A stretch of DNA of 64,000 nt from Tetramitus jugosus (taxonomy: Eukaryota; Protista; Heterolobosea), in assembly GCA_937625935.1 (NCBI GenBank), contig OW569389.1, forward strand, positions 62,001-126,000, given 5' to 3'. The notes below the pieces were generated by a model, which saw nothing but the letters and a program-made list of their open reading frames with translations, searched no databases and was not told the DNA's origin. Positions 1 through 13,200 of the stretch are shown piece after piece. The number at the start of each line of letters is the position of its first letter. Positions within the stretch are counted from its first letter, which is position 1. Position numbers and translations under genes: made by a program.

Positions 1-750
1 GTTTCCATTCTCCAGAGTTTACGACATCCCAATATTCTTTACTTGTATGGATATTCTTCAAATGACAGTGGAGACAAATTCTTGATCACTGAATATGCTG
101 TGAATGGAAGTTTGGACAAATTGATTCACAAGGGAAATCAATCTCTCAAAGACTTTGATCAAAAGATGAACGTGCTATGTCAGATTGCTGATACAATGGC
201 TTATTTGCATGGAAGGAATCCTCGAATTGTTCACAGAGACTTGAAACCTCAGAATATTTTGCTGGGTGAGAATAATCATGTCAGAATATGTGACTTTGGT
301 CTCAGCAAGATCACTGATTCTTCGTTTACAATGGGAAGATCTTATGGAACAATTGAGTATTGTGCCCCAGAGTTGTTGGCACATCAAGGGCATGATGAAA
401 GTGTTGATATTTTCAGTTTTGGCATCATCATGCACGAAATGTTCATCTTGGCACCTCCGTATTCTCAACATGAATACTCATCAGTGTTCACATTGGGAGT
501 GGATATCGTGAGAGGATCGAGACCTCCTCTGCAGTTCGATCCATTCAATTCTGAATCAAATGATTCTAAAGTTCTTGTGGATTTCTTTTTGCAGAGCAAC
601 ACAACCAATATGCTTCCTTCTGATATTCCTCTTGTTGTCCAAGACTTTTACAGTCTTGTCACACGATGTTGGGATGCAGATGTCAGCAAGAGACCATCGT
701 TTGAAGAAATAACAACAGAGTTGGACGCAATCAAAAGGAGGGATGCATGA
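1..750 (+). CDS. TKL-type protein kinase, C-terminal part (5' end outside window); paralog of 10226..13966
   Basis: Frame is open from base 1 (VSILQSLRHPNIL). HRDLKPQN, DFG and APE motifs. Almost identical to the kinase domain of the minus-strand gene at 10226-10975. Confidence 0.92.
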   Translation, partial: VSILQSLRHPNILYLYGYSSNDSGDKFLITEYAVNGSLDKLIHKGNQSLKDFDQKMNVLCQIADTMAYLHGRNPRIVHRDLKPQNILLGENNHVRICDFGLSKITDSSFTMGRSYGTIEYCAPELLAHQGHDESVDIFSFGIIMHEMFILAPPYSQHEYSSVFTLGVDIVRGSRPPLQFDPFNSESNDSKVLVDFFLQSNTTNMLPSDIPLVVQDFYSLVTRCWDADVSKRPSFEEITTELDAIKRRDA

Positions 751-1052
751 TGTTGTAAGTACCAGTGTTATTGAGTGTTTGGAGAGAAATACAATTAGAG
801 TAAAAGAATTGTAAGAAGCTTTGATGGATCTAGCAGTTTTCTATCCTTGTTTCATCATTCTATTCTGTCATTTTGGATACACTCATTGAAGAATGCATAG
901 TACATCTTTTTTATCATTTTGGATAGAAGTCATTCCTTTTCCCTCAAACAATTGGTCACTATGAGCGACGGAAAGTTCGAGACATACAACATTGAGGAGT
1001 GTATCACATGAGCGAGTGTGATGGTGTGAGTGTCTTCAAGTCCTCTCCCTTT

Positions 1053-2700
1053 TCAATTTGACCTTGTTTGACAATGATCAATGAACTTCCTTACGAAGAA
1101 AGAGTGAAACCTTCTAACATTCTGTTGTGTCTTGCAAAAACTTTGGATTATGAGTGCTAAACTGATTGTTGCAATGTTGTTCGTCAGGCTGAAGCTGCGA
1201 TTCTGTTGTATGGCAGTATCGTGTTCTTCCAGTATACCTGATATCCCTTGCCCAAGCAAATAAATTCATCATCATCGAGGTTATCTCCAATTCAATTTTC
1301 AGGAAAAGACATCGATTGACTATCAGTTTTGTTTCCAGTATAGCTAGGCGACAAGTTGTATAAAAATCCATTGGAACTGCAGAAAGCAAGTTTTGTAAAA
1401 GTATGACTACATTTCTTACCTGAAAATGTTCAATTAGTTTGACAGAACATTTCCTCACACGCTGTTCAACTCCATCGCCAATGATATTAATTTGAATTCC
1501 TCTCCAATGTACTCCATGCGAGTCTCTAACATCACGCTTGAGAATGAATATGAATTGCTTCATCACCGACAAGTGAAGAATAGTTGTATCGATATATTTG
1601 TGATGCATCTACTCCAGTAATCCAAGACACTGTCTGATCCAAATCATGAACATCAACCTGCTGTAGTTGTGAATCTTCGATTCGTCGCCTTTCGTTGCTT
1701 CAGTTTGGATATATCAGGGTTCTTCACACTCACTCTCCAAAAAATTCTCAACCAAACTGAACAAGTATTAAAATTGGATCGATTTCACACCAATAAGAGT
1801 TTGCGATCGCATATTGTCTTCTAACGAAGTATCCATAAAACCAACGAAGTATCCATAAAACCAATAGAGTAAAATCAATTGCTTGTGTTTTTGCATTGTG
1901 AAAACGAACACCTGTGTGGATTGTCACAATGCCAATTCTTAGGATCCTCAATGAGCTTAACAATGGTTGACCGACTGAAATGCATGACGCGGCAGAAGTT
2001 CAATTCTTGCTACCGAAAGTATTACTACGAGTATATACTTCGTTCGACTGTGAAAGAGATGAAAGATCCAATCCTTTCCAGAAGGTCGATGTATTTCTTC
2101 TTCGAAATACACAATTTTCTGATTGATGAGAGCAAATAGGAGTACCGGACATCATTAAAATGATTCATATTTTCAATGCACCGAGCATTTCTCTCAAAGC
2201 AAGGGAAGATTTTGAATTCGCCCATAGTTGAGAAAACGCTTCTCTCTGTTTTAAAAAGTTATCAAGATTTGTCCGTTTTTCCTCGGAAGAGTAGCATCCA
2301 TAGTGTCTTTCCAATGCCCGAGAAGCTACGATGCATACTATCTACTGCATGTTGTCTTCATTGTTCAAATTATGAGCGCATTCAGGATTATTTGACCAAC
2401 GAAGAGAAAACAAAGTCACCTCGATTATTTTTCAAAAATACGAGGTTTGATTCGTCTGTGGCTGGGCGAAGGAACAAAACTGGTATTCAATTCAACGACG
2501 GAATGTGCACAATGTGTCGTTTGATAATCCGAGCAATATTGTTCATCAGGCTCAATTGTGAGCTCTTGATGAAAGTGACAAACATGAAGTTACTTTGTTG
2601 TTTTTTCCACAGTCTACTGAATTCAGGATATTTGGGTGAAAGTAGTAGTCGGCCATTCCCTGAATTCATGCCCTGGTCCTAACCAGATTCAAAAAGTATT
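1053..2700 (-). pseudogene. Heavily decayed ORF with P-loop remnant, possibly Crinkler-like NTPase/REase
   Basis: Minus-strand SGIGKTLW (Walker A-like) at 2304-2321 and NAKTQAIDF near 1875-1900, among many stops and frameshifts. Confidence 0.25.
1823..1864. repeat. 20-bp perfect tandem duplication (aacgaagtatccataaaacc x2)
   Basis: Read directly: 1823-1842 equals 1843-1862. Confidence 0.9.
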
Positions 2701-3681
2701 GCAAGGTTATTTTTTGAGATATTAGCTCCCAAATTTTGATATCAAAATCGTCTCAAAATCAATTATTATGCAGGAATACAATGCCAACCATGGTATTCTT
2801 ATGTATCCTGAAACTTCTTACTGCTTTTCAAAACAACCAGAGCACTCATGGTAATCTTCAACACAGTGTCATCCCTTCCATTATAGATGGCTTGTTTTTT
2901 TAATACATCTTCTTTCCTCTTTTTCTCCTTGAGGAAGGTGCAATGAAGAGCAGCGAACAATTTTCTCGATATCCCGCTTCAGGTTTGTTCGTCCCAATTT
3001 CTTGGAAGCACTGGGCAAGGCATAGCTAACTCCCATGTAACCCCAGTGCCGGACCAGCAATTAAAATCATTGTATTCATTGCCGTTAGCAAACTTATCGA
3101 ATAATTTTTTCTCTTGAGCTGGGCCGTTAACATGAAATAGCAGTTGATTTCTCTCTTTTGAGAGCGGTGTAAAGGTTGATAACAAACGATTTTGTTACCC
3201 TTTAATTCAAGAATACAAGGACAAAAAAATTGACATTTATGACGAAATCAAGAAGCGAAGTCACGAGTCGGTACACTGTGCCAATTTTTAATGGTTTAAA
3301 GTCCATTCCCCTGTTTAACATTCTGCCCACAAAATTTGGAACCATCCATTTCATGGAGTGACCAGAGTTTTGTGTATTTCCGAAAGTGTTGTTTTTTTGT
3401 AACTTTTTCCATTCTTTCTTCGTCATTTTTGTGAAGTGGTGTTCTAAGTTTTAAGATGTGAAATCGATGATGTAGCCCGGACCTGCCAAGGAGTGATGCA
3501 CTTGTGATTCGTGAAGAGTTTGTTGACGTTCAGATCATTTTTGAAGCTAAATATTTTTGCAACATGTGAACTAACCTGTGTTTTAATATTTCATAGATGG
3601 ATAACTGTCAGAATAGTTCCTATGACAATAGCACGAGCCCAACGTATGAGGCATCGTCTCTCTCACCATTGATCAATCAAT

Positions 3682-4056
3682 TTGATACTTCTGGTCCGTT
3701 TCTCAATCCAAAAAGAGAAGAATGAGGGCTCAAAAAAAGTGGCAAGTGGTAGACCACGTGCCTTGGACACCAAACAGCAACTGACGATGTTTCTCATGTG
3801 GATGCGAAGAAATTATTGTTTGAAAGATCTCATTGTTCATTTTCAGATCTCAATCTCCCGGTGCTACCGATACAACCATCAAACACTCAACATTGTCTTC
3901 AATCATTTCAGAAACCAAATCTCAATTCCTGTTGAAAGAGGAGAGTTGAAGGAATCTATTAGATGGAGAGAAAGACTAATAGTGATGGTTATTGACGGTT
4001 CAGAGCAGCAGATCAAACTATCAGATTGCCAGATCGTCGATTGTACTTCTGTGTAA
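3682..4056 (+). mobile_element. Truncated PIF/Harbinger-ISL2EU (IS5-like) DDE transposase fragment
   Basis: GRPRAL..QQLTMFLMWMRR..LKDL..HFQIS.S helix-turn-helix followed by VIDGSEQ (first catalytic Asp). The ORF stops shortly afterwards. Confidence 0.75.
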
Positions 4057-4161
4057 GAAGAAAATGATTTGATATAGTGATATTTTTTTAATTATTTTGG
4101 AAACAACACTTGTCGCTCAAACTGTCTTCTTAGTTTTTTCTTCTTAGTTGTTTGTTAGTGG

Positions 4162-4290
4162 TTTTTTTTAAAATACAACCAACTGGTTGCTCTGTTTTTT
4201 TTTCTGAATATTTACAATGGATAACGCTCAAAGAGCGTTATCTCCTCCATTACTTCTTAATTCTAACAATGGTGTCCGTAGGGCGTCATG
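4162..4290 (-). mobile_element. 3' UTR and poly(A) remnant of the LINE family
   Basis: Reverse complement aligns with 34275-34418 (ggaggagataacgctc...gagcgttatcca...gagcaacc...ggttgtatt + A-run). No TSD recognised. Confidence 0.85.
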
Positions 4291-4949
4291 AGACAATGTA
4301 GAATAGTCTCTGACTCCTTGTTACATCTTTCACACTGTTGGAACTTGCTCTTCATCAAGGAACATATTGAATACATTCTTACATACATGCATATTGCAGG
4401 ATACGAGTTACCAGTGCAAGCTTATCCTATTCCGTTTGATATATTTGATTCTGATCGTACAGAGCGTATTACGCATATCATGGACGAAGTGAAGAATAAG
4501 ATACAGGGATATCGTGGTAAACTGCAGAACCTACACCCGTATTTCAGAATTGATCATAATTAGAAGAATAGTGTTTTGTATACAGAGAGGAATACATTGC
4601 TCCCTTTTGTTACGCATTCTGCATTATCTCCTAAAGATATCGTATCATCTATAATTTATTCGCAATATTAGAAGTTGCATCAAAGCACAAGTTTGTGACA
4701 TTAAGAAGTACTGATCAATCTGTATTCAATGCATATATTCGTCCTATTAAAGCACCACAGAGACAAATGTCTTATTATGATGACACTATTACTGATCTAT
4801 CACTGGATTCAGATGAGCGCGTTATGAATTTAAAGCAAGTTATCAAGGAAGGGGGATGGAATGATACTTTTCTTATGTCGAGACTCACATGCACTCTGCA
4901 AAATATGAATCACACGAACAAGAAACAATTAGGTACCCTGCAGATATTA

Positions 4950-6260
4950 AATTGTATGGTCATTGCGCACTAAATACAATGGGCGAGGCGAAGTACCGTA
5001 TATTAATTGGTGATTAGGAAGATAAAGATTCCGTTAGTGACTATGATCCTTGTAAGATTAATGACATGCTCCCATCTGTTTAACAAGCTTAACGCCATGA
5101 AACATCTCGCAAGAAAAGCCACCGTTGCACTATTATGTCACCACACAAATATTTTTTCAATGGTTATTGGATGTAACACCTGCGTTAGTGAGACAACAGC
5201 TGAAGTATCAACATTCCTGAGACAAATACTTGATGAGTGTGCTAAGAATGATCTGGATGTACAGTTACTGAATGCAAACAACCTCACGTTAACTTCTTGA
5301 AAGTATGCATCTCAGACGTCACTGAAGAGTTCAACTTTCAAATCATCAAGGGATCACTAAACAGTAGTAGGGTTTTGTTCGAAGCGAGAATTACACCAAA
5401 TGGATGTATTCCGTACTTTGACGATGACTGTGACACTGGATACAGATTAGTACATGATGAAGATGACAAGATGTCCTTGAAGTTTTCGATCTACGGAAGG
5501 AAACAAGCTTTTGAAACTCTACCCTTCAAGTTCGTCAGATAAGTCCACAATTCGATGCACAGGTCATGTTATACAGAAAGTGTCTATGGATACTGTTCGC
5601 AATACATATGAACATGATCCACAAGTCCAGAAGATCATAACTTGGCAAGGAATGCATTGTGACGACAAGATGAAGGAATCCTACATGTCTGAACTTTGCT
5701 CTGATGCTTATTTGGCGATACTGAGAAAGAGATACTCTCATTTCCAAGGTCTGATCATGTACCTGGATATGATGAACCATGTATATCACGGTGCTGCTTC
5801 AGACAAGACATTGGATGAAGTATTGATAGGATATAAGTCAGCACTGAATATCGCAGAGAGTATGAGATTGTTGACTGAGGATTTGGATGGTGTGTATGGC
5901 GTTACAGATGCAACATACAAGTCACTCAAGCTCAATGTAGACGGTGTCACAAAACCCCTGAACTACATCAACACGAAGATGGATCCTTCACAATTCCAAT
6001 TCAGCACACGATTACTTTTAACGAATAGATTGGAAGGTCTCTTTGGTAGAGCACGGTTGATCATGAGGAGATTCACTCATTTCCAGTTCCAGTTCATACT
6101 CACCAAGTTGGTGAATGAGTGTTATTTCCTTCATCCAGATAGAAAGCATGCAATGTCTCTAGGGAAGAAATCACACTACATTCAATTCCATGAGCTGGAA
6201 GATCAGCAAGTGATAGATGCACAGGATCTCTGCCACAAATACATATCCACTTGCTGTTGA
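4950..6260 (+). mobile_element. Decayed P-element-superfamily (THAP9-like) transposase, frameshifted
   Basis: Ordered P-type motifs across fragments: LARKATVALL..FSMVIG, DLDVQLLNAN, GHVIQK, DKMKESYMSELCS (cf. KMKVxLAAQLFS), TRLLLTNRLEGLFGRAR (cf. QDxLENFFGxIR). Fragments from ~4290 may be its N-terminus. Confidence 0.65.
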
Positions 6261-7044
6261 GCAACTCTCAAACACTCAAAGTGCGATCACCCCACTATCA
6301 ATAGGCAACGTGGAACTGACTGCCAACGTAAAACAACTGTTCGACAGATGTACAGATGTAAATAAACCTAAATCGGACTTAACAGTTCTATGGATTGACT
6401 TGGAGTGGAACAACAACCAGGAGATTATCAGTATAGGATTGTATCATGCTGAATCTGAGAGGAAGTTCTATTCTTTAGTTAGACAGAAAACTGCTGGTCG
6501 AACAAGTGTACACAACATAACTGTAGATATGCTGAGGAGTGCTCCATCTATGGTGCATGTGTTGAAAGAACTAGTGGAATATATGGAACAATTCCAAACT
6601 TCCAAGGTTCTTCTGGCTGCACATTGGGGTTTAGGGGTTGATTTTCCAAAGTTAATGAAAGCAATACACATGGTAGGAATCCCTATGAATGTCACTCTGG
6701 AACTGGCAGACACTCGGTACATGTTTAACAACACACTAGGCAAAAGTATATCTATGAAGCTCGAGTTCCTGTTCCAATTATGCAAGCCGAATGAAACTTA
6801 CAACAAGCATAATGCTCTAGGAGATGCACAGGTAATCCACGAATGCACAAAGTATTTAGTTGACATGAGTGTTCCGACATCTGATGAAAAGCTTTATAAT
6901 CATTTAGTGTGGTGCCAACCTTCTCATGTTAAAGCATCATTCTATTGTTTGATTAAGAATGATGAATCTGCAGTAATGCCAGATGATTATATGGTAGTGC
7001 TTGAGGATATAGACAATGATGGTGAATGCTCACAGCAGAAATGA
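6217..7044 (+). pseudogene. DEDDh 3'-5' exonuclease domain, probably the frameshifted C-terminal part of the P-like element ORF
   Basis: ExoI WIDLE, ExoII AHW..VDF, LADT, ExoIII HNALGDA. Overlaps the transposase fragment by 44 bp and has no ATG before the domain in a clean context. Confidence 0.75.
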
Positions 7045-7145
7045 TGCATGCAACAGAAAGCCAAACCATCAGGAGATAAAGCAGATTAGTGGAAAAACAG
7101 TCACAGATGACTGATGTGGACGAGCCATAGTGGGAAGAAGATTTA

Positions 7146-7300
7146 AACGATGATGATTGCTGTGAATGTGGCGATGGTGGACCTCTAAGAATGTGCTTTT
7201 TTTTAAGACAACAAATGGTGCTCAGCTTTCTTTAACACCTCGGAGGTGTTCTAAGAATGTGCTGTAGAATGATTGTTCTGAAAATGTAAATGTTCAAACT
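7146..7300 (+). pseudogene. PHD-finger remnant interrupted by a micro-insertion
   Basis: NDDDCCECGDGGPLRMC(C) matches the CxxCGDGGxLxxC start of PHD fingers. Confidence 0.6.
7184..7263 (-). mobile_element. ~53-bp 5'-truncated retro-insertion with 13-14 bp TSD
   Basis: tctaagaatgtgc(t) at 7184-7196 and 7250-7262 flanks a T8 tract plus a sequence whose reverse complement ends gagcaccatttgttgtctt(A)8, resembling the LINE 3' terminus. Confidence 0.8.
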
Positions 7301-7305
7301 GCATC

Positions 7306-9012
7306 TTAGTTCTGTGGCCTAAGCTTGTCTCGCGTACACTCCAGTTTCACCAACAAGCAAGCCAACTCCAATTGAGACAACCAGGGGGATGGAACGAAAA
7401 TTTTCGGCCTGTCTCCGTCGCCACTCCTTGGAGTACTCGGCAATGTGACACCAGAGTCAGGGTCTTCATATACTTTGACTATCTTCACTTGCATATACCT
7501 GTTTTGAACGTTTTTCACGTGACTTATCTTGAATTGCTCTGAAAACTGAGTACCGACATCCTCGCCCAGCACTCGGTTCAATGCAATTTCAAATTTTGGC
7601 CATGTCGATTCCAGTTCTTTCGGAGATGCACACTCAACAATTCCTTTGTCATCACCTCGACCAAACACAAGGGTCAACACTCTCTCAGTATCTTCATTTC
7701 CCACTTTTAATTGCTTTAGTTTGCGTTCTAGATTGTCTCTAACAAATCAAATGGAGGGCCATTGGAAACTCTTTTTCAATTGACATATTGCCACTTCTTG
7801 ATCAGTACCGATACTGCATAGACGTGCTCCCAAAGACTTCAGGATCGAGAAAAATTGTGAGTGACAAAATCCAGTTTTGCTCGTGTTCAATTACTGCAGG
7901 ACCATAAAAGTTAGGTTGATTTTGCAGAATACATTTGGCAGAGAGATAAAACTAAAATAAAAATCGCCTAGATCAAACGTTGTATCGTACTCAACAGTAA
8001 CACACTGCATCACACAACTTTGTCATAAGCTCCAGTTGAAAATCTGAACATAATACAACACTGATCGCTTCAGGAGCTGGATGTATTCCACGAATGAACT
8101 TTCTTGCGGATTTGTGTTGCTTGTTCATCTCAGCGATCATGTTTTCATATTGCTCTCTCCTGTTGTCCACTGAATATTTCAAATTTTGGATGGCTTTCAA
8201 TGAAGGCACAGTGGTAAGTTTGGCTACTTCTTCGTCATTCTCCATTTGCTCCAGGTCAATGGATGGAATATAAGAATCATAATTTTCTTTTGGCAGAGTA
8301 GAGCTCGAAGTAATCTTTTGTTTGATTTCGTTCCTCTTCTCATTGGACATCCTTTGATGAGTCTGCTTATCCTTTCTGTTGCCATGAGGATTACCGACAA
8401 ATGATTCTTAGGTCATTTTGTGAGAAGGAATACACACAACAAGCACTCTATCAGTACCTCGCCTACGATACATCTGTCTCTTGAATTCTCGATCTGCTGA
8501 GTTTGTCCAATACGATCTGAACAATTCTACATCCAAAGTTTTCATTTGACCATTAACAATGACAGACACACTGGACGAATCTAGTCTTTCCCAAGAGTTT
8601 CCGACCCAAGTTCCAAAAGGATCACATAATGCAAAGTTCTCCTTTTCCCCATCTTGAACATGAAAGCTACACTATTGACGTCTGAAAAGTCTGTGATGAG
8701 GAGCTGTCTTGTCAGAGCGTGTCCTTCTTCGTAGTCTAAGGTTAAAAGTTCTGCAGCTTTTGCGAGTGAGAATCTACCAGCGTTGCCTAGATTAATGAAA
8801 GAAGGTATTGTGTCTTGTTTTTGTTTCTGTTTTGTTGAGACCAGACCAGAAACCGTTAAACCGTTAATTTTGGAGGTAATGTTCCGGAGTGGAATTCGAT
8901 GGAATTCGATGGAATTGATTCCATGGAATTCCACTCCACAAATTAGGATCACCCCCAATTGGGAAATATGAACAACGAGTCTTTTATTCTGGAAAGAAAA
9001 AATTTCATGCAT
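7306..9012 (-). mobile_element. Decayed Mutator/MULE-like transposase
   Basis: FIRGI..P..VVLCSDFQL, DTTFDLGDFYF (~7950-7985), SIGTDQEVAI (~7790-7820), VFG....GIVECAS, spread over stops and frameshifts. Extent beyond 8400 is uncertain. Confidence 0.65.
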
Positions 9013-10225
9013 TGAAATAAAATATTCTTGTTTCTGTGGCTACTGGTGAAATAATGAGTTTCACTGGTCCATTTCCTGGTTCTGGTACCCATGATATTCT
9101 TAGAGGAGACAATGGAAGAAAAAGTATAAACATTTTTTATTTAAGAGTGCTGACAAGGCCTTTTTCTCTGATAATCTGTTCGCCAGATCTCTCGCCAGGA
9201 TGGAATGGTAATCGCCGAACGGAAAAAATAAAATTGTTTTTGTTAACTTTTGGCGCAACTCTATTCACTTTAGTGTCTACTACTTTTTTTCTTCTTCACA
9301 TGACGAGATAGCCTAGAACTGAAATTGATTTAGATCCTCGAGATGGCAGATTTATTACTGTTTTCTTTATTTACTATTGCAAAAGTTCTCACAAGAAAAC
9401 CGATGTCCTATAGAAGCAATAAATCACAACTTAACCGTCCTCCCAAAACATAATCACTTGTTACTTGTGTATTTTGTTGTTTTGTTGTGAAAATGATTGA
9501 CTGTGTTATTTCTATTGATGGAGTGGCAAGGTCCATAAGTGGCCTCCCGAGTTGCTGGAGAAGTGTTTGGATTGACTTCCCATCGTACTTTAACCACTTT
9601 AGTTGCTTAGAAGTATAATATGAGCTCTGAGTGACTCCTTTTCCTCTTCCTCGGTGTCAACTTCCTTCTTGAAATTTTTGTTAATAGGAATGACAGTATA
9701 GCTGTACTTCATGTAGGTACATACCAATCATGCATTTCTTCAACGCTGCTGGTGACGTACAACATTTCATGTTGTACGTACGTTTTTGCCTCTGTTCTTT
9801 GTTTGAGATATGTGACATCCAAGAAATGGTCTTGTGTGATGTTTACTGCAGATGGTTGAGTTGAGTTCAATCTGGTCATGTCGCTGATGTCAATCTGGTT
9901 TTCCAGGCTTCATCATTAGTGAAACGCGGTTCAGACCTCGGCTTCCAGACTCGATGCACGACATGGCGTCTGTGGAGAGGACAATGAGCATTTATTATAC
10001 CCTGGTGAACTTGCTTACGGTTGTGTTTCTTGCTCTGTATAATATACAAAGTAATTCAATGATGTGTTCATTTTATGTGTAAAGAGTTTCCAAAGGCTGT
10101 CTTTCGATGATTCATTGCTTTTCGTGGGCAATGGTTGTACATCAATTTGTCAGAAAAGCCCAACAAACTTTCCATCTTGTGATGGATGGTTTCCCTTCCA
10201 GGATAGGTAATCACTGTAATTATAT

Positions 10226-13200
10226 CTAACTCTTTTTGATTGCGTCCAACTCTGTTGTTATTTCTTCAAACGATGGTCTCTTGCTGACATCTGCATCCCA
10301 ACACCGTGTGACAAGACTGTAAAAGTCTTGGACAACAAGGGGAATAACAGAAGGAAGCATGTTCGTTGTGTTGCTCTGCAAAAAGAAATCCACAAGAACT
10401 TTAGAATCATTTGATTCAGAATTGAATGGATCGAACTGCAGAGGAGGTCTCATTCCTTTCACTATATCCAATCCAAGTGTAAACACTGATGAGTATTCAT
10501 GTTGAGAATAAGGAGGTGCCAAGATGAACATTTCATGCATGATGATGCCAAAACTGAAAATATCAACACTTTCATCATGTCCTTGATGTGTCAAGAGCTC
10601 TGGGGCACAGTACTCAATTGTTCCATAAGATCTTCCCATTGTAAACGAAGAATCAGTGATCTTGCTGAGACCAAAGTCACATATTCTGACATGATTATTC
10701 TCACCCAGCAAAATATTCTGAGGTTTCAAGTCTCTGTGAACAATTCGAGGATTCCTTCCATGCAAATAAGCCATTGTATCAGCAATCTGACATAGCACGT
10801 TCATCTTTTGATCAAAGTCTTTGAGAGATTGATTTCCCTTGTGAATCAATTTGTCCAAACTTCCATTCACAGCATATTCAGTGATCAAGAATTTGTCTCC
10901 ACTGTCATTTGAAGAATACCCATACAAGTAGAGAATATTGGGATGTCTCAAGCTCTGGAGAATGGAAACTTCCCTGATGAATGATTCATCATCTGATACT
11001 TTCATCTTCTTCACAGCAACCATGTTACTCTTCCACTCTCCCTTGAATACAACTCCGAATGCTCCTTCTGAAATACGATTGATCAATTTGATCTCTTTCA
11101 TGTCAATGTAAAAGTCTCCTCTTTCAAAATCGTTGTCAACATCATATTCACCCATTTCCTCCAATAAACATGCTTTCAGTTCGGATTTCATTTGTTCTTC
11201 TCTTCTTCTCCTTCTGACATGTAATCCAAGCACGATAAAAACAATGATGAGTGCAATGAACAAAAGCATTCCTAAAATTGGCAATGTCCAAAGGGGTCTC
11301 AAGTTTGAAGCACATGTTTCACCATGATATCCGTGCTTACAAATACACTTGTTTGGACTGTGACATACTCCATTGGATGAACAAACGTTTTTGTCATTGC
11401 TCAAACGTCCATTGCAAAGCGGATAGGAACAGTTCAATCCAGAGTATCCTGAAATGCATTCACAAGTATCCAAATCAACACATGATCCCTTTCCAGAACA
11501 AACTCTTTTCTCATTCTTGGGTTCAATGCCATAACATTCGAAAAGTTCGCAATCTTGACCGTGGTATCCTCGCTCACATGTCACTCCAAGGAATCCCATT
11601 GTGCCCGCACCAAGGAATAGACTCGATATTCCATGATCTGGATTTACGTTACTCGTTCTGATCCAAGTTGAATAGTTTCCTCCAAAGTTCCAATAACCAA
11701 CCTTGCCATCCTTGGTCAGAGCGATCATACACTCATCATTCACAACGAACTGAGATACTGCTTTCCCATTCAACAATCCATTCATGCTCAATCTCACAGG
11801 TCGATTCTCAAACGGTATATAAACACCAAAATCACTCAAACCCCAAGAGTATACCTGATTGTCACTTGTCAGTATCGTTGTGTGACGGTATCCTGCAGTC
11901 AAATGTGTTATGTTTTTATCTTTCAAAATCTCATTCTTTTCAACTTCGATTGGAAACGTTATACGCCCTAATATATCAATATTAAGCATGCCAACATCGA
12001 AACCCCAAAGGTAAAGCGCTCCATCACTTGTCAATGCAACTGTGTGGCGAGAGCCTGCTGCAACTTGTACAACTCTCTTATCATTCAAATGACCTTTCGT
12101 TACGACAGCAACTGGGAGCTTTCTGACTTGGGTTGTTTCATCACCCAGTTCACCATCTAAATTGTATCCCCAAGAGTACATCTTACCATCACTCGCGATT
12201 GAAACAACATGCCACCTCCCTGCGGCAACTTGAGTAACTGTCTTACCACTCAACACACCATTCATGAAAACTGCCACAGGTTGACGTCTGCTCAGGGATG
12301 AAAGATCTCCCATTTGGCCGTAATTATTTGCACCCCAGGAGTATACAGTTCCATCATCTGCTGTTGCAACAGTAAAGAAGTCGCCTAGCGCAACTTGTGT
12401 GATAACCCTGTCTTTCAACACACCACTCGCATCAACACTCACAGGAAATTGTTTTGTGATCACTGTTCCATCTCCAACCTCCCCCATTACATTTGTTCCC
12501 CAAGAATATACATTTCCATCGCCCGTCAAAGCAACGAAGTGTTCTGTTGCAGTTATCCCCTGTACCCCCGCTCTTGCAACAATGTTGGTTATCGTCTTAT
12601 TGTTCAATACACCAGTCATACCAACTGCCACTGAATTAGAGCTAAATTCTTTCCTTCCATTTCCCAACTGACCTTCTTCATTCTTTCCCCACGAATAACT
12701 CTTGCCCTTCCTTGTCAATATCAATGTGTGATCTTCACCAGCTACGACTTGAATAATTGAGTCATTCAAAGCATTGATCAATGTATTAATCTCAAGAAGA
12801 GCAGGAGTGAAGTGATTCTCCAATGTACTATCAAGTTGACCTTCCTGATTTTTACCCCAACCATACAACAGACCATCACTCGTCAAAGCCAGACTGTGAT
12901 ATCCTCCAGCTGCAATTTGAACCACTCTTTTTCCAGATATTTGACCACTCATGTCCACTGCAATAATATCCTTGAGTGGTACAATATCCTTCGCATTTGG
13001 ATTTCCCAGCTGCCCATACACACTCGAACCCCAACCGTATATCTTGGAGTCATTTGTTAGTATCACCGTGTGCAAATATCCAATAGTAATTTGAGTGACA
13101 ATGTTTCCCTGCAACACATTGCTGAGATTGAGAGTAATTGGAACCCGTGAACTTATGAAGGTTTCTCTACGGTCAGTTGATCCCCAGAAAAACACTGTTC

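Noticed and set aside
7291-7302. B-box-like gttcaaact near the micro-insertion
   Set aside because: Poor match, no A-box or tRNA fold, and spacing unlike the true Pol III sites.
8891-8935. ggaattcgat-like tandem repeat
   Set aside because: Short local slippage inside a transposon relic, with no spacers.
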